64,000 bases of DNA, taken from assembly GCA_001029675.1 (NCBI GenBank), contig CP011210.1, positions 948,891-1,012,890 on the forward strand, given 5' to 3'. A model generated the notes under the pieces. The model was not told where the DNA came from, did not search any database, and saw nothing but the letters and a program-made list of their open reading frames with translations. The position numbers and the translations under genes were made by a program. This DNA comes from Candidatus Beckwithbacteria bacterium GW2011_GWC1_49_16. GTDB lineage: Bacteria > Patescibacteriota > Microgenomatia > UBA1400 > CG1-02-47-37. Below are positions 9,546-19,100 of this stretch, one piece after another (the stretch's first letter is position 1; each line of letters starts with the position of its first letter).

Positions 9546-10755
9546 GGCTTTTGCGCACAAAAACGGCCCTCAAGCTTAAGATTAACAGGGTAATAAGAGT
9601 CAAATTTCTTAAAAGCATCAGGTAGTAAATCGGCAAGCTTCTGCCGGCAGAGTAAAAATCTTCAAGAAAAGGAGTATAGAGGACGGGGTAAACGTTTTGG
9701 TTTAACAGCAGGGCGACAAGGGTAAGGCCGAAAAGAACAAAGTAGTCGTTTTTGGCTTGCGAGCCGGTGAGGCGGAAAAAGGGAAAAAGGGAAACAAACC
9801 ACCAGAGGTACTGGGCGTGGAGGTTTTTGGAAAAAAGCAAAAACACCAGAATAAGGCAAAAAACCAGAGCGAAGCTTAATTTTTGGCGCAATTTCGGCCG
9901 GCGGTAAAGGTACCAGTAAAAGAGAATAACCGGCAAAAACCAGAAGCGGTTAAACCAGGCAAGGCCGACGGCGTCGACTAAGGGAGAATCGACTCCCCAG
10001 ACGCCGTAGCCGCCAAGAAGAGGCAGGGGCCTGCCAGCGGTCAGAAGCGACCAGCCGGTAAGAAGGCTGCCGGGGACGGATTCGATGCTGACGTATTTTA
10101 GGGCGTGGAAACTTAGTCCGGCGCCGATGTCATCGAGTCTGCCGCCGAGATAAAGGTAAGGAATCAGGCTTAAAAGAATCGCTTGAAGATAGTAAAGTAA
10201 GAAAGCGATCGCGGCTTTGGGGTTCTTTTTGGAATAGGTAAGAAGCATTAAATAGGGCAAGATGATGACGGGGTAGACTTTGACCGCGGTAGCCAGCCCC
10301 AAGACAAAGGCAGACAGCGGCGGCTTTTTTTGGACAAACAAAACCAGGCTTGCCGCCACCAACAAAGCGGCCAGGGCTTCAAAGCGAAACAGAATAATCG
10401 GGCCCAAGAAAACTAGGGCAAACGGAAGGGTGAGTCTTTGGATCAAGGGGCGGCGGCGGGTTAAATAAAGCTGGAGGCCTAAAATGGCTAGAATGATAAT
10501 AAAAAAAGCGTTCAAGTAATTCACATAGAGAAAAGGAGCCAGACCGGCAATAAAAGCGGGTAAGAGCAAAAACAGGCTGGTGGCCGGCAGAATTTCTATG
10601 CCGGGAGCGTCAAAAAAGGTGCGGTATTTAAAAAAGTGCTCGACTCTTAAAAAATAATTCCAGACGTCGACTTCAAGATGCCCCCGCCACAGGGGAATGT
10701 GGGCTTGAAAAAAAATCACGGCTAGAGCTAAGAGAGCCAAGCTTAAATACTTCAT
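9538..10755 (-). CDS. Multi-pass GT-C glycosyltransferase (GT87/PimE-like)
   Basis: RFE..A, 'GLATAVKVYP', 'IES..GS', 'SK..HAQY.WW' motifs. Start trimmed to ATG 10755 (ATGA overlap with the LCP stop). Confidence 0.65.
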   Translation of the reverse strand: MKYLSLALLALAVIFFQAHIPLWRGHLEVDVWNYFLRVEHFFKYRTFFDAPGIEILPATSLFLLLPAFIAGLAPFLYVNYLNAFFIIILAILGLQLYLTRRRPLIQRLTLPFALVFLGPIILFRFEALAALLVAASLVLFVQKKPPLSAFVLGLATAVKVYPVIILPYLMLLTYSKKNPKAAIAFLLYYLQAILLSLIPYLYLGGRLDDIGAGLSFHALKYVSIESVPGSLLTGWSLLTAGRPLPLLGGYGVWGVDSPLVDAVGLAWFNRFWFLPVILFYWYLYRRPKLRQKLSFALVFCLILVFLLFSKNLHAQYLWWFVSLFPFFRLTGSQAKNDYFVLFGLTLVALLLNQNVYPVLYTPFLEDFYSAGRSLPIYYLMLLRNLTLITLLILSLRAVFVRKSLS

Positions 10756-11819
10756 GGCGTCTGATTTTGGTAGAAGAGCTCGTCGATGTAGTCGTGAACA
10801 AGAGTCCAATCGTTGTCGACGGGGATTAAGACCCAAGCACCATAAAGGCTGTCGGGCGGGTGGTAAAGTAGCGGCGGGATGTCTTCGACTTCACTCCCCT
10901 GGTTTAAAATTCCGGTTCTTAAGCTGTCCTGGTCAACCCGGAGCGCCAGCTTGGCCAAATCGGACCAGCTTTTTTGAGGAATGTCGGTTTTGACCGAGGC
11001 AGAAAATATTTGGTAGAGACCTTTAACCTTTTTTAGGCTCAAGAATACCTTCGGGCTCAAGAGTTTTTTCTTGAAGCTCAAGATGACCCGCTGTTGGCGC
11101 TGGGAGCGGGCGTAGTCGGTGCCTTCTTCGCCGGCGGCGTTACGGGACCTAATGTACTTTAAAGCCGTGACGCCGTCCATGACTTGGCTGCCGGCTTTAA
11201 ATTCGACGGTTTGGTAGCGGTCGGATTCGGGCTCGGCGTTTTCTTTGCCAGGGATGGGGTATTTGGCATCGACGAAGCCGTGGGGAACGTCGACGCTGAT
11301 GCCGCCGACGATGTCGATGGCTTTTTCAAAACCGGAAAAATCGAGTAAGGCGGCGTAGTGGACTGGCTGGTTGACGATTTCGGCAACGGCGGCTCGGGAC
11401 AAAGTCAAACCCCCGCCGTCCAATTTGCCCTCGCCGTAAAAGTAGGCGGTGTTTAGTTTGGCTTGGAGCGACTCGACCCAAATGTCCCGGGGCAGCGAGA
11501 CCAAAACGGCGTCGCCGCTTAAAAGTTCAACGGAGATAAGCATGATGCTATCGGTTAACTCTCCCCCGGGGTGGTCGCCGCCGGCGACGCCTAAGAGCAA
11601 AAAGTTCGTCCGGCCCTTGAAACTTTCAAGGCTGGTGACGCTGGGGTTCAAAAAGGAGACGGCGGCGGCCGGGCCGCGGGCAAGATTTTTTAAGCCTCTC
11701 CCCAGGGCCGGGGAAAGGAGGATGACTAAGCTCAAAAAGACAGCGACGGCAAGCAAATAAGTTAGGGGGCGGACCAACCACAGGTGTTTATAAAGGCGGC
11801 GTCTCAATTTGGGGAACAT
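10752..11819 (-). CDS. LytR-CpsA-Psr (LCP) family phosphotransferase
   Basis: NFLLLG, TDSIML, SLPRD, KLNTAY, YIRSR, DYARSQRQQ. Confidence 0.92.
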   Translation of the reverse strand: MFPKLRRRLYKHLWLVRPLTYLLAVAVFLSLVILLSPALGRGLKNLARGPAAAVSFLNPSVTSLESFKGRTNFLLLGVAGGDHPGGELTDSIMLISVELLSGDAVLVSLPRDIWVESLQAKLNTAYFYGEGKLDGGGLTLSRAAVAEIVNQPVHYAALLDFSGFEKAIDIVGGISVDVPHGFVDAKYPIPGKENAEPESDRYQTVEFKAGSQVMDGVTALKYIRSRNAAGEEGTDYARSQRQQRVILSFKKKLLSPKVFLSLKKVKGLYQIFSASVKTDIPQKSWSDLAKLALRVDQDSLRTGILNQGSEVEDIPPLLYHPPDSLYGAWVLIPVDNDWTLVHDYIDELFYQNQTP

Positions 11820-11836
11820 GTTATGATTCTAACATG
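11817..11836. promoter_or_regulatory. Bidirectional leaderless promoter between the LCP gene and pcrA
   Basis: CATGTTA-TGATTC-TAACATG; TATGAT (+) and TAGAAT (-) each lie 6 nt before an ATG. Confidence 0.65.
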
Positions 11837-13636
11837 CCCAAATCCCTGACTAAAGCTTTAAACCCGCCTCAAAAACTGGCGGTGACTTTTGGCGAAGGAC
11901 CTTTGCTCATTTTGGCGGGAGCGGGTTCGGGAAAAACCCGGGCCTTGACTTATCGGGTAGCCTATTTGATCAAGGAGCGCCAAGTGGATCCGAAAAGGAT
12001 TTTACTGGTGACGTTTACCAACAAGGCGGCGGGTGAGATGAGACAACGGCTAGAAAAGTTAGTAGGACGAGACCACAGCGCCGGTCTTTTTGCCGGGACG
12101 TTTCATGCCTTTTGCGTCCGGCTTTTAAGAATTGATGGGGGCAAGATCGGCATCGAGCCAAACTTTGTGATTTACGACGAGGCTGACAGCCTGGCGGTGA
12201 TCAAAAAGGCGATCAAAAACTTAAAGCTTAATCCCAAAACCTACAAACCCCGAGGGGTGAAAAGCCTTATTTCCCAGGCTAAAAACGAGCTGATTTCTGC
12301 CGAGGCTTATCCCCAGTACGCCCGGGGCGAGTGGCAAAAGGGGGTGGCGGAGATTTTTTTGGAGTACCAACGCTTACTTAACCGCTTCCGGGCGCTTGAT
12401 TTTGACGATCTTTTAATGAAAGCGGTTTACCTGCTTAAAAAAGACCAACCGACGCGGCAAAAATACCAAGACCGGTATCAGTGGGTACTGGTGGATGAAT
12501 ACCAAGACACCAACAAGGCCCAGTATGAACTGACTAAAATCTTGGCGGGTAAGTGGCGTAATTTGGCGGCGGTGGGAGATTTTTCCCAGTCGATTTATGC
12601 TTTCCGGGGGGCGGATTACCGCAACATCAACCAATTAAAGCAGGATTTTGCCGACTTGAGACAGATAAGTTTAGAACAAAATTATCGCTCGACCCAGACG
12701 ATTTTGGACGCGGCTACCGCGGTGATTGCCAAAAATAGCCTCCACCCGGTGTTGACCTTATGGACCAAGGCGGGTTTGGGGGCGAAGGTAAAGATTTTTG
12801 AGGCAGACAACGAAAAAGAAGAAGCAGGTTTTATCGTCGCCACGATAAAAAACGACCCAGGCAGCCATGCGGTTTTATACCGAACCAACGCCCAGTCCCG
12901 GGTAATCGAGGAGGCGCTTCTTAAAAACGGAATGGCCTACAGCTTGGTGGGCGGGGTGAGATTTTACGCGAGAAGAGAGATCAAGGACCTGACGGCCTAC
13001 CTAAGGCTAATCAACAACCCCAAGGATTTAGTCAGTTACCAACGGTTGGAAAAGTTGGGGAAAAGGAGTCTTAACCGGTTTGTTAACTGGCTCGACCAGA
13101 AAAAAAATATCGACAAGCTGCCGACCAGAAAAATTTTGGAGCAGGTGGTCAAAGTAACCGGCTATCTTGACCGGTTTGACAAAAAGAACGAGGAAGATCT
13201 AAACCGCCTGGAAAACATCGATGAATTAAACAGTGTGGCGGAAGAGTTTAAGGATTTGGGGGCCTTTTTAGAAAACGCAGCCTTGGTCGAGGCGGCCGAC
13301 CGGCCGACGCTAAAGGGTAAAGAAAACCACGAGGGAGTAACCTTGATGACCATGCACAACTCCAAGGGCCTGGAGTTTGATACGGTGTTTATGATCGGCA
13401 TGGAAGAGGGACTTTTCCCCCACTCGCGGTCTAGTTTCAACAAAGAGGATCTCGAGGAAGAACGCCGGCTCTGCTACGTGGGCATGACTCGGGCTAAGCG
13501 GCAGCTTTATTTGTCTTATGCCCGGGGCCGGTTTTATTTTGGCAGACGAAACTACAATACGGTCAGCCGGTTTTTGGCCGATATCGACGAGGGCTTGTTG
13601 GAGTTTGTTAATCAGGAATTTGATATTATTACTTAG
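11834..13636 (+). CDS. pcrA: ATP-dependent DNA helicase PcrA/UvrD
   Basis: AGAGSGKT, TFTNKAA, VDEYQD, GD..QSIY.FRGA, QNYRS, KGLEF, EERRL.YV.MTRA. Confidence 0.95.
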   Translation: MPKSLTKALNPPQKLAVTFGEGPLLILAGAGSGKTRALTYRVAYLIKERQVDPKRILLVTFTNKAAGEMRQRLEKLVGRDHSAGLFAGTFHAFCVRLLRIDGGKIGIEPNFVIYDEADSLAVIKKAIKNLKLNPKTYKPRGVKSLISQAKNELISAEAYPQYARGEWQKGVAEIFLEYQRLLNRFRALDFDDLLMKAVYLLKKDQPTRQKYQDRYQWVLVDEYQDTNKAQYELTKILAGKWRNLAAVGDFSQSIYAFRGADYRNINQLKQDFADLRQISLEQNYRSTQTILDAATAVIAKNSLHPVLTLWTKAGLGAKVKIFEADNEKEEAGFIVATIKNDPGSHAVLYRTNAQSRVIEEALLKNGMAYSLVGGVRFYARREIKDLTAYLRLINNPKDLVSYQRLEKLGKRSLNRFVNWLDQKKNIDKLPTRKILEQVVKVTGYLDRFDKKNEEDLNRLENIDELNSVAEEFKDLGAFLENAALVEAADRPTLKGKENHEGVTLMTMHNSKGLEFDTVFMIGMEEGLFPHSRSSFNKEDLEEERRLCYVGMTRAKRQLYLSYARGRFYFGRRNYNTVSRFLADIDEGLLEFVNQEFDIIT

Positions 13637-13639
13637 GCG

Positions 13640-14785
13640 ATGATTATTAGAGACATTACCGCCAGCGACAGACTCAAGTTTAATGACGCGGTCGGGCATC
13701 CGCTGCAGGCTTTTGAGTGGGGGCAGTTCAGGCAGGAAACCGGAGTTAAAGTGATCAGGAAGGCCATTTTTGAAGGCGATAAATTGATCACTCCGGTTCA
13801 GGTGACCATTCATCAGCTGCCAAAAGTAAATTGGAAAATCGGCTATTTTCCTCGAGGGCCGATGCCGGACGAGGATCAGATGAAGTTATTAACCCAGATC
13901 GGCAAACAAGAAGGACTAATGATGATTAAACTCGAGCCGAATGTGGCAGCGGTGATAAATGACGGCGGGCCAAAAGTTCAGGCCTGGGAGACGGTAAGGA
14001 CGTTTTTGCGGTCTTTCGGGGCCAGGCCGGGAAGGTCGCTTTTTACCGATTATTCGTTTCAGCTGGATTTGACCGAGAGCGAGGAGAAACTTTTAAAAAA
14101 CATGCACTCTAAAACCCGCTACAACATCAGGCTGGCAGAAAGAAAGGGGGTCAAGGTGGCGGTGGATAATTCCCCGGCCAGCTTTGAATGGTTTCTGAAA
14201 CTTCTGTTTGAGCAAACGGTGGTGCGGCAGGGGTTTTATGCCCACACGCCGGATTATTTTAAAAAGCTGTGGGGGGTGTTGGCACCGGCCGGCATTGCCC
14301 ACCTGCTTCGGGCCTATGTGGGCGATAAAACTTTAGCGGTGTTTATGGTGTTTAAGTTTAATAACTGGTTGTATTACCCCTACGGAGCGTCGACGCGGGA
14401 AGAAAAGGAGCTAATGGCGCCAAACTTGGCTATGTGGGAAGCGATTCGCTTTGGCAAAAAGGAGGGGTGTAAGAAGTTTGACCTGTGGGGAGCGCTGTCG
14501 CCCACCCATAACAAAAATGATCCCTGGTACGGCTTTCACCGGTTTAAGGAAGGCTATGGAGGCAAGCTGGTCGGCTTTATCGGCAGCTACGATTTGGTGC
14601 TTGAACCCAAGAAATATTTGGCTTACCGGGCCGGTGACAGCTTACGCTGGGCATACCTTAGGACTGCGGCGGCGGCCAAAAGGATGCCGGGACAACTAAG
14701 CGGAGTTTTCTCTGATGTGCCAGAAAAGGTAGGTGAGGTCGCCAGCGACGCGATCAAGACTTTTGAAAAAGATGACCGATCTTAG
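13640..14785 (+). CDS. FemABX-family peptidoglycan peptidyltransferase
   Basis: HPLQ..EWG.F, PRGP, KTRYNIRLAE, YPYGAS, PNL.MWE, GF.RFKEGYGG. Confidence 0.9.
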   Translation: MIIRDITASDRLKFNDAVGHPLQAFEWGQFRQETGVKVIRKAIFEGDKLITPVQVTIHQLPKVNWKIGYFPRGPMPDEDQMKLLTQIGKQEGLMMIKLEPNVAAVINDGGPKVQAWETVRTFLRSFGARPGRSLFTDYSFQLDLTESEEKLLKNMHSKTRYNIRLAERKGVKVAVDNSPASFEWFLKLLFEQTVVRQGFYAHTPDYFKKLWGVLAPAGIAHLLRAYVGDKTLAVFMVFKFNNWLYYPYGASTREEKELMAPNLAMWEAIRFGKKEGCKKFDLWGALSPTHNKNDPWYGFHRFKEGYGGKLVGFIGSYDLVLEPKKYLAYRAGDSLRWAYLRTAAAAKRMPGQLSGVFSDVPEKVGEVASDAIKTFEKDDRS

Positions 14786-15644
14786 GCAAGCTCGGGCTTA
14801 TTGGCGATACATGAAAAGCTTAGGCTGGCGGGTGGTCGACGGCGCCTTTGTCAAAAAACTCCCCTTTTTAGCTTTGAGCCTGGTCAAAATCCAAAGGCCG
14901 GAGCGTCAACCTAATCTTGCCGCGCTGAAAAAATTTCGCCCCATCTACATTAGCTACGAACCAGCGGTCAACCACAAACCCCCTGCCGGTTTCCGCCCGG
15001 GGTCACCCCTTTTGCCGTCAAGAACCATTTGGCTTGATTTGAGAAAGAGCCAGAAAAAACTTTTACAAGAAATGCGCCCCAAAACCCGCTACAATATTAA
15101 AAAATTACGGATTACGGATTACGGATTACGGATTACTCAAGGCAGTCAGCTAAGCGACGATCAACTCGCTGCTTTTTACCAAATTTACCGGGAAAACGCT
15201 AAAAAGCAAAGATTTTGGGGAGCAAGCTTTACTCAACTGAAGTCGTTGGCCACCTGTTTTGGTAAAAAGGCTTATTTAATCATTGCCAGACGGATGGCGC
15301 AGGCAGGGGAAAGCCGAAGGCAGGGTTTGGCTGGCAATGATGTCATTGGCGGGCTTTTAATTCTCGTTCACGACCGCGTGGCGTATTACTCCCACAACGC
15401 GGCCACCAATGAAGGGCGCAGGCTCTTTGTTCCCACCATCTTAACTTGGGAGGCGATTAAGCTAGCCAAAAAACTTGGCTGTCATACTTTTGACTTTGAG
15501 GGTATTGACGACCCTCGCTTCCCGGTCACCCGCAAATGGACGGGGTTTTCTCGCTTCAAAAAAAGCTTTGGCGGTAAGGAGGTCAACTACCCCCAGGCTT
15601 TGGTAAAATGGCAAGTACCGTTGTATCGATACAATAGAACTTAA
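14772..15644 (+). CDS. Second FemABX-family protein
   Basis: DLRQ, KTRYNI, PT.LTWEAI, FDFEGI, GF.RFKKSFGG. Start trimmed to ATG 14772. Confidence 0.82.
   Translation: MTDLRQARAYWRYMKSLGWRVVDGAFVKKLPFLALSLVKIQRPERQPNLAALKKFRPIYISYEPAVNHKPPAGFRPGSPLLPSRTIWLDLRKSQKKLLQEMRPKTRYNIKKLRITDYGLRITQGSQLSDDQLAAFYQIYRENAKKQRFWGASFTQLKSLATCFGKKAYLIIARRMAQAGESRRQGLAGNDVIGGLLILVHDRVAYYSHNAATNEGRRLFVPTILTWEAIKLAKKLGCHTFDFEGIDDPRFPVTRKWTGFSRFKKSFGGKEVNYPQALVKWQVPLYRYNRT
15104..15136 (+). repeat. Heptamer tandem repeat (ATTACGG)x4.7 inside the second FemABX gene
   Basis: Read directly; encodes LRITDYGLRIT. Confidence 0.9.
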
Positions 15645-16102
15645 TGATTGTGGCCTTGGAAAACATCAGGAGTCTTTATAACGTCGGGGCGATTTTAAGA
15701 AGCGCCAGCTTTTTTGGAGTGAGCGAGGTATTTTTGGTGGGGGTAACGGGGTCGAGGAAAATCGGCGGCCAAAGGTGGCTTCACGAAGGGTTAGCCAAAA
15801 CCGCTTTGGGAGCAGAATGGCAGTTACAGATCAAAATCTTGAAAGACAGCCAGAAATTGATTGATCTTGCCAAGAAGAACGGTTTGAAACTGGTAGTAGT
15901 GGAGCAAACGGCGGGGGCAACTCCCCTGTCAAGCTTCCGGCCGGGCAAAAACATGGTCTTGGTCTTTGGCAACGAGGTAACTGGCGTCAGTCAAAAAGTT
16001 TTGGCGGCGGCAGACAAGGTGGTAGAAATCCCCCGACGGGGCAAAAAAACTTCTTTAAATGTCGCCGTGGCGGCCGGAATTGTTTTAAGTCGATTGGGGT
16101 AG
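15644..16102 (+). CDS. SpoU/TrmH-family RNA methyltransferase
   Basis: NIRSLYNVGAILRS, FGNEVTG, SLNVAVAAGI. Confidence 0.92.
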   Translation: MIVALENIRSLYNVGAILRSASFFGVSEVFLVGVTGSRKIGGQRWLHEGLAKTALGAEWQLQIKILKDSQKLIDLAKKNGLKLVVVEQTAGATPLSSFRPGKNMVLVFGNEVTGVSQKVLAAADKVVEIPRRGKKTSLNVAVAAGIVLSRLG

Positions 16103-19100
16103 GTCCTGCCTGTCGGTAGGCAGACCCAGGGGCCAGCAGTGGCGGCGGTATTCGCAGCGAAGACAATGGCGTTGATAGTCGGTGGTGCGGGCAAAGCGGT
16201 GGCGGCGAATGGCTTTCATCGAAGACTTGATGGTGGTCATCAATTTGGCTACCTGATCGTCTGGAATGTCAAAGCTTCGTTTGACAAACTTGGTCTTTTT
16301 TAGGCCGGACTCGACAAAATCCAGCTCGGCTTCTAAGACTTTGTAGCTTAGGCGCGGATCAGCAGCAAAAAGAAGCCTGTAGAAAACCAGCTGACGAAAA
16401 AGGTCGCCCGAAGAAGTTTTGGTCTGGCCCAAAATGTCGTTAGCGCTTTTAGTCGGCCCGGTTTTGTAGTCGGTGACCTTGATGGTCTTTTTGGTTTTAT
16501 CGATTAAATCAACCCGGTCGATTTTGCCGGATAAGGGGATGTCGTCCAGGTAGGGCTTGGAGTAAAAACCGCCAAAGCGCAATTCTACGGCCAACGGCTT
16601 GGTCATCTCTTGATGGTAGTAGCGGTAGTAGGCGGCAAGGGCGTTGACGCCTTTATCAATAAAATCGGCGTGTCTCACCGGAGTTAAAACTTCACTACCT
16701 AAAGCTTTCTTAAACTGGCTTAATAAAAATTCCTTGGCGGGCAAGCGGTTGGTTTTGAGGAAGCGGCGGTAGAATATTTCCAAAGCCTTATGGACGGCGG
16801 TGCCAAAAGATAAGTAGGCTTGTTTGGCCCGGGGGACACGAATGAGGTTGTTTAGCTTGAATTTATAGCTGCAGGCCAGATAGGTGTTTAGGGCCGTAGC
16901 CGAGAGTTTAAAGTCTTTTAAAATGAGGTTGAGAAAATCACTTTCTTTGACGGACGGGGTTACCTGGGGCAGGGGTTTTAAGAGTTTGGTTAGGGCCTGT
17001 TTGGCCTGTTTAGTTAATTGGGGTGAGACGGGTTCAAGGTATTTTTGAGGAATTTCGGAAACAAACATGGAGGGGACGGCTTCTTTGCCGGTGACGGAAC
17101 CCGAGTAGCGGTCGGCGTAAGTAACGCAGACTTTTTTGCGGGCGCGGGTTAGCCCCACGTAAAACAGCCGCCTTTCGTCTTCATTTTTCTCTTTTTTTTG
17201 AAGATCGGTGAAGCTTAAGATCCCTTGGGGAAGTTTGATTAACTCCCGGGTGCGGTTGTTGCCCCATTTTTTATCGATAGCCCGATAAATAAAGACGTAG
17301 TCCCATTCCCTCCCCTTGGCTTTGTGGACGGTAGATAGGGTGACGGCGTTGGTTTTTATGTCCAGATCCTGCTCGACGACGCTCAAACGGTTTTGTTCCA
17401 TCAACTCAAGGGCTTTAATGAAACCAACCAAGTTGAGGCTGTGGTCGGCTTGGTTTAAACTTTTGACCTCGGCAAAAAGCGAGTTTAAACGGTTTAGCTT
17501 TTCGACGCTATCGGGCAAAGTCTCGAGCCAGCTTAAAAACCCCGACTGCTTTAAAACCATTTCGAAAAACTGGCTGAAGGTTTTTTCGGCGTCCAGCTTT
17601 CTCCAATCAGAAAGCTTGCCAATAAACTTAGTGATTTTGGAGCCGGATTTGAGCTTTAATTTTTTAAATTGGGGCGAGAGAATAAAGTCCACCAGATTGG
17701 TGTCGGCTTGGGCGACGGCCCGGGAAAGTTTTAAGATATCCAGGGCGTCTAATTTCAAAAACTGATAGTTTAACAGGGTGAATAAATCAAGGTCGTCACC
17801 CGCGCCTCCGCCGGCGTCGCTGATCACTTTCAAAAGGAGCAAAAACTGGTTTACTACCGGGTCGATTAAGACGTTGCCGCCGCCTTCTATGTCCAAACTC
17901 ACCCCAAACTTGGTGAGCATTTCTGCCAGCGTCCCGGCGTCGGCGTTGTGGCGAAAAAGAACGGCGATACTCTCTGGTTTGGTACCTGATTTGATCAGCC
18001 GGTCTATCTCCCGGGCGAGCCAAAAGGTTTCCAGAGTTTCCGAAGGAAATCTGACCAAAGACAGCTTTTGCTCTTTGAATTTACCTTGGGATTTTAATGT
18101 GGTGGTGGCTTTTTTGAGCTGGAGCTGGTTTTTTTTGATGACGGCGGCGGAGGCATCCAGGATGGTTTGAGTGGAACGGTAGTTTTGCGCCAGTTCAATC
18201 ACTTGGGCTTGGGGGAAAAGATTGTTGAAGGCGATAAAGTTCTCGGTCGAAGCTCCTTGGAAGCGAAAAATTGAATTATGAACTACCACATTGTTGGCTA
18301 CAAAATTGTGGCTAGGCGGTACTTCCAAGTCATAAACATTGATGGTTTTTATTTTCTTCTCGCGTTTAATGACTTTATCGTAGATAACCTTATGCCTTCT
18401 AACCACAGGGAGGTAGTTGCCAACTAAAATATTGCCTGCTTGCATTATTCTTGAGGGGCGGTGCTGTATCCTGGTAGTTCCTAAAGGCGCCTTAATATCA
18501 ATAATTCCAGGGAGTTTTCTCTCAAGCTTTTCGGCAATTTTATACAATTGAGAGAAATCAGTGTTATTTAGTCTGAAGCCTTTACCGATATTTTTATTTC
18601 TAAGCTTAAATCCGAGCTTGTTAAGTTTTTTTATGATTTTTTTGTTTGAAGTTTGGATTCGTAGCTCATGAAGAATGGAGGGGGATTGTAGTAGTCCTTT
18701 TTTATCATATTTAGAGCGATAGTTTCTTGAACACATAACAAGGTTAATTTTGATTCTCCCGTCCCCCAAAGTGGTTGCATCTCGAATATAATGGGGTTGA
18801 TTAAGATTTACCCCGAGATCTTGAGCAAGTATGGCAGCATTTTTTTCTGTATCAAACTCTTGATACAGCTTTTTAAGCCACTTGCCAGTAATTGCGTTAT
18901 TTCTTTCTTGAAAAACAACCGTTGGGATTTTGTAGGTAAGCGATAAAACCATTTCACGGTATCTGGCTTCTGCTTCTGATTTGTGTGCTGACAGGCCAAT
19001 AATTTTATCGGCTCCTGCCTCAATTTTTAGTCTTACTGAAAGGCTTCTTGTAATGCCTAAACGCCAACCCAAGCTTTTTTTATACATGAGGTAAACATAC

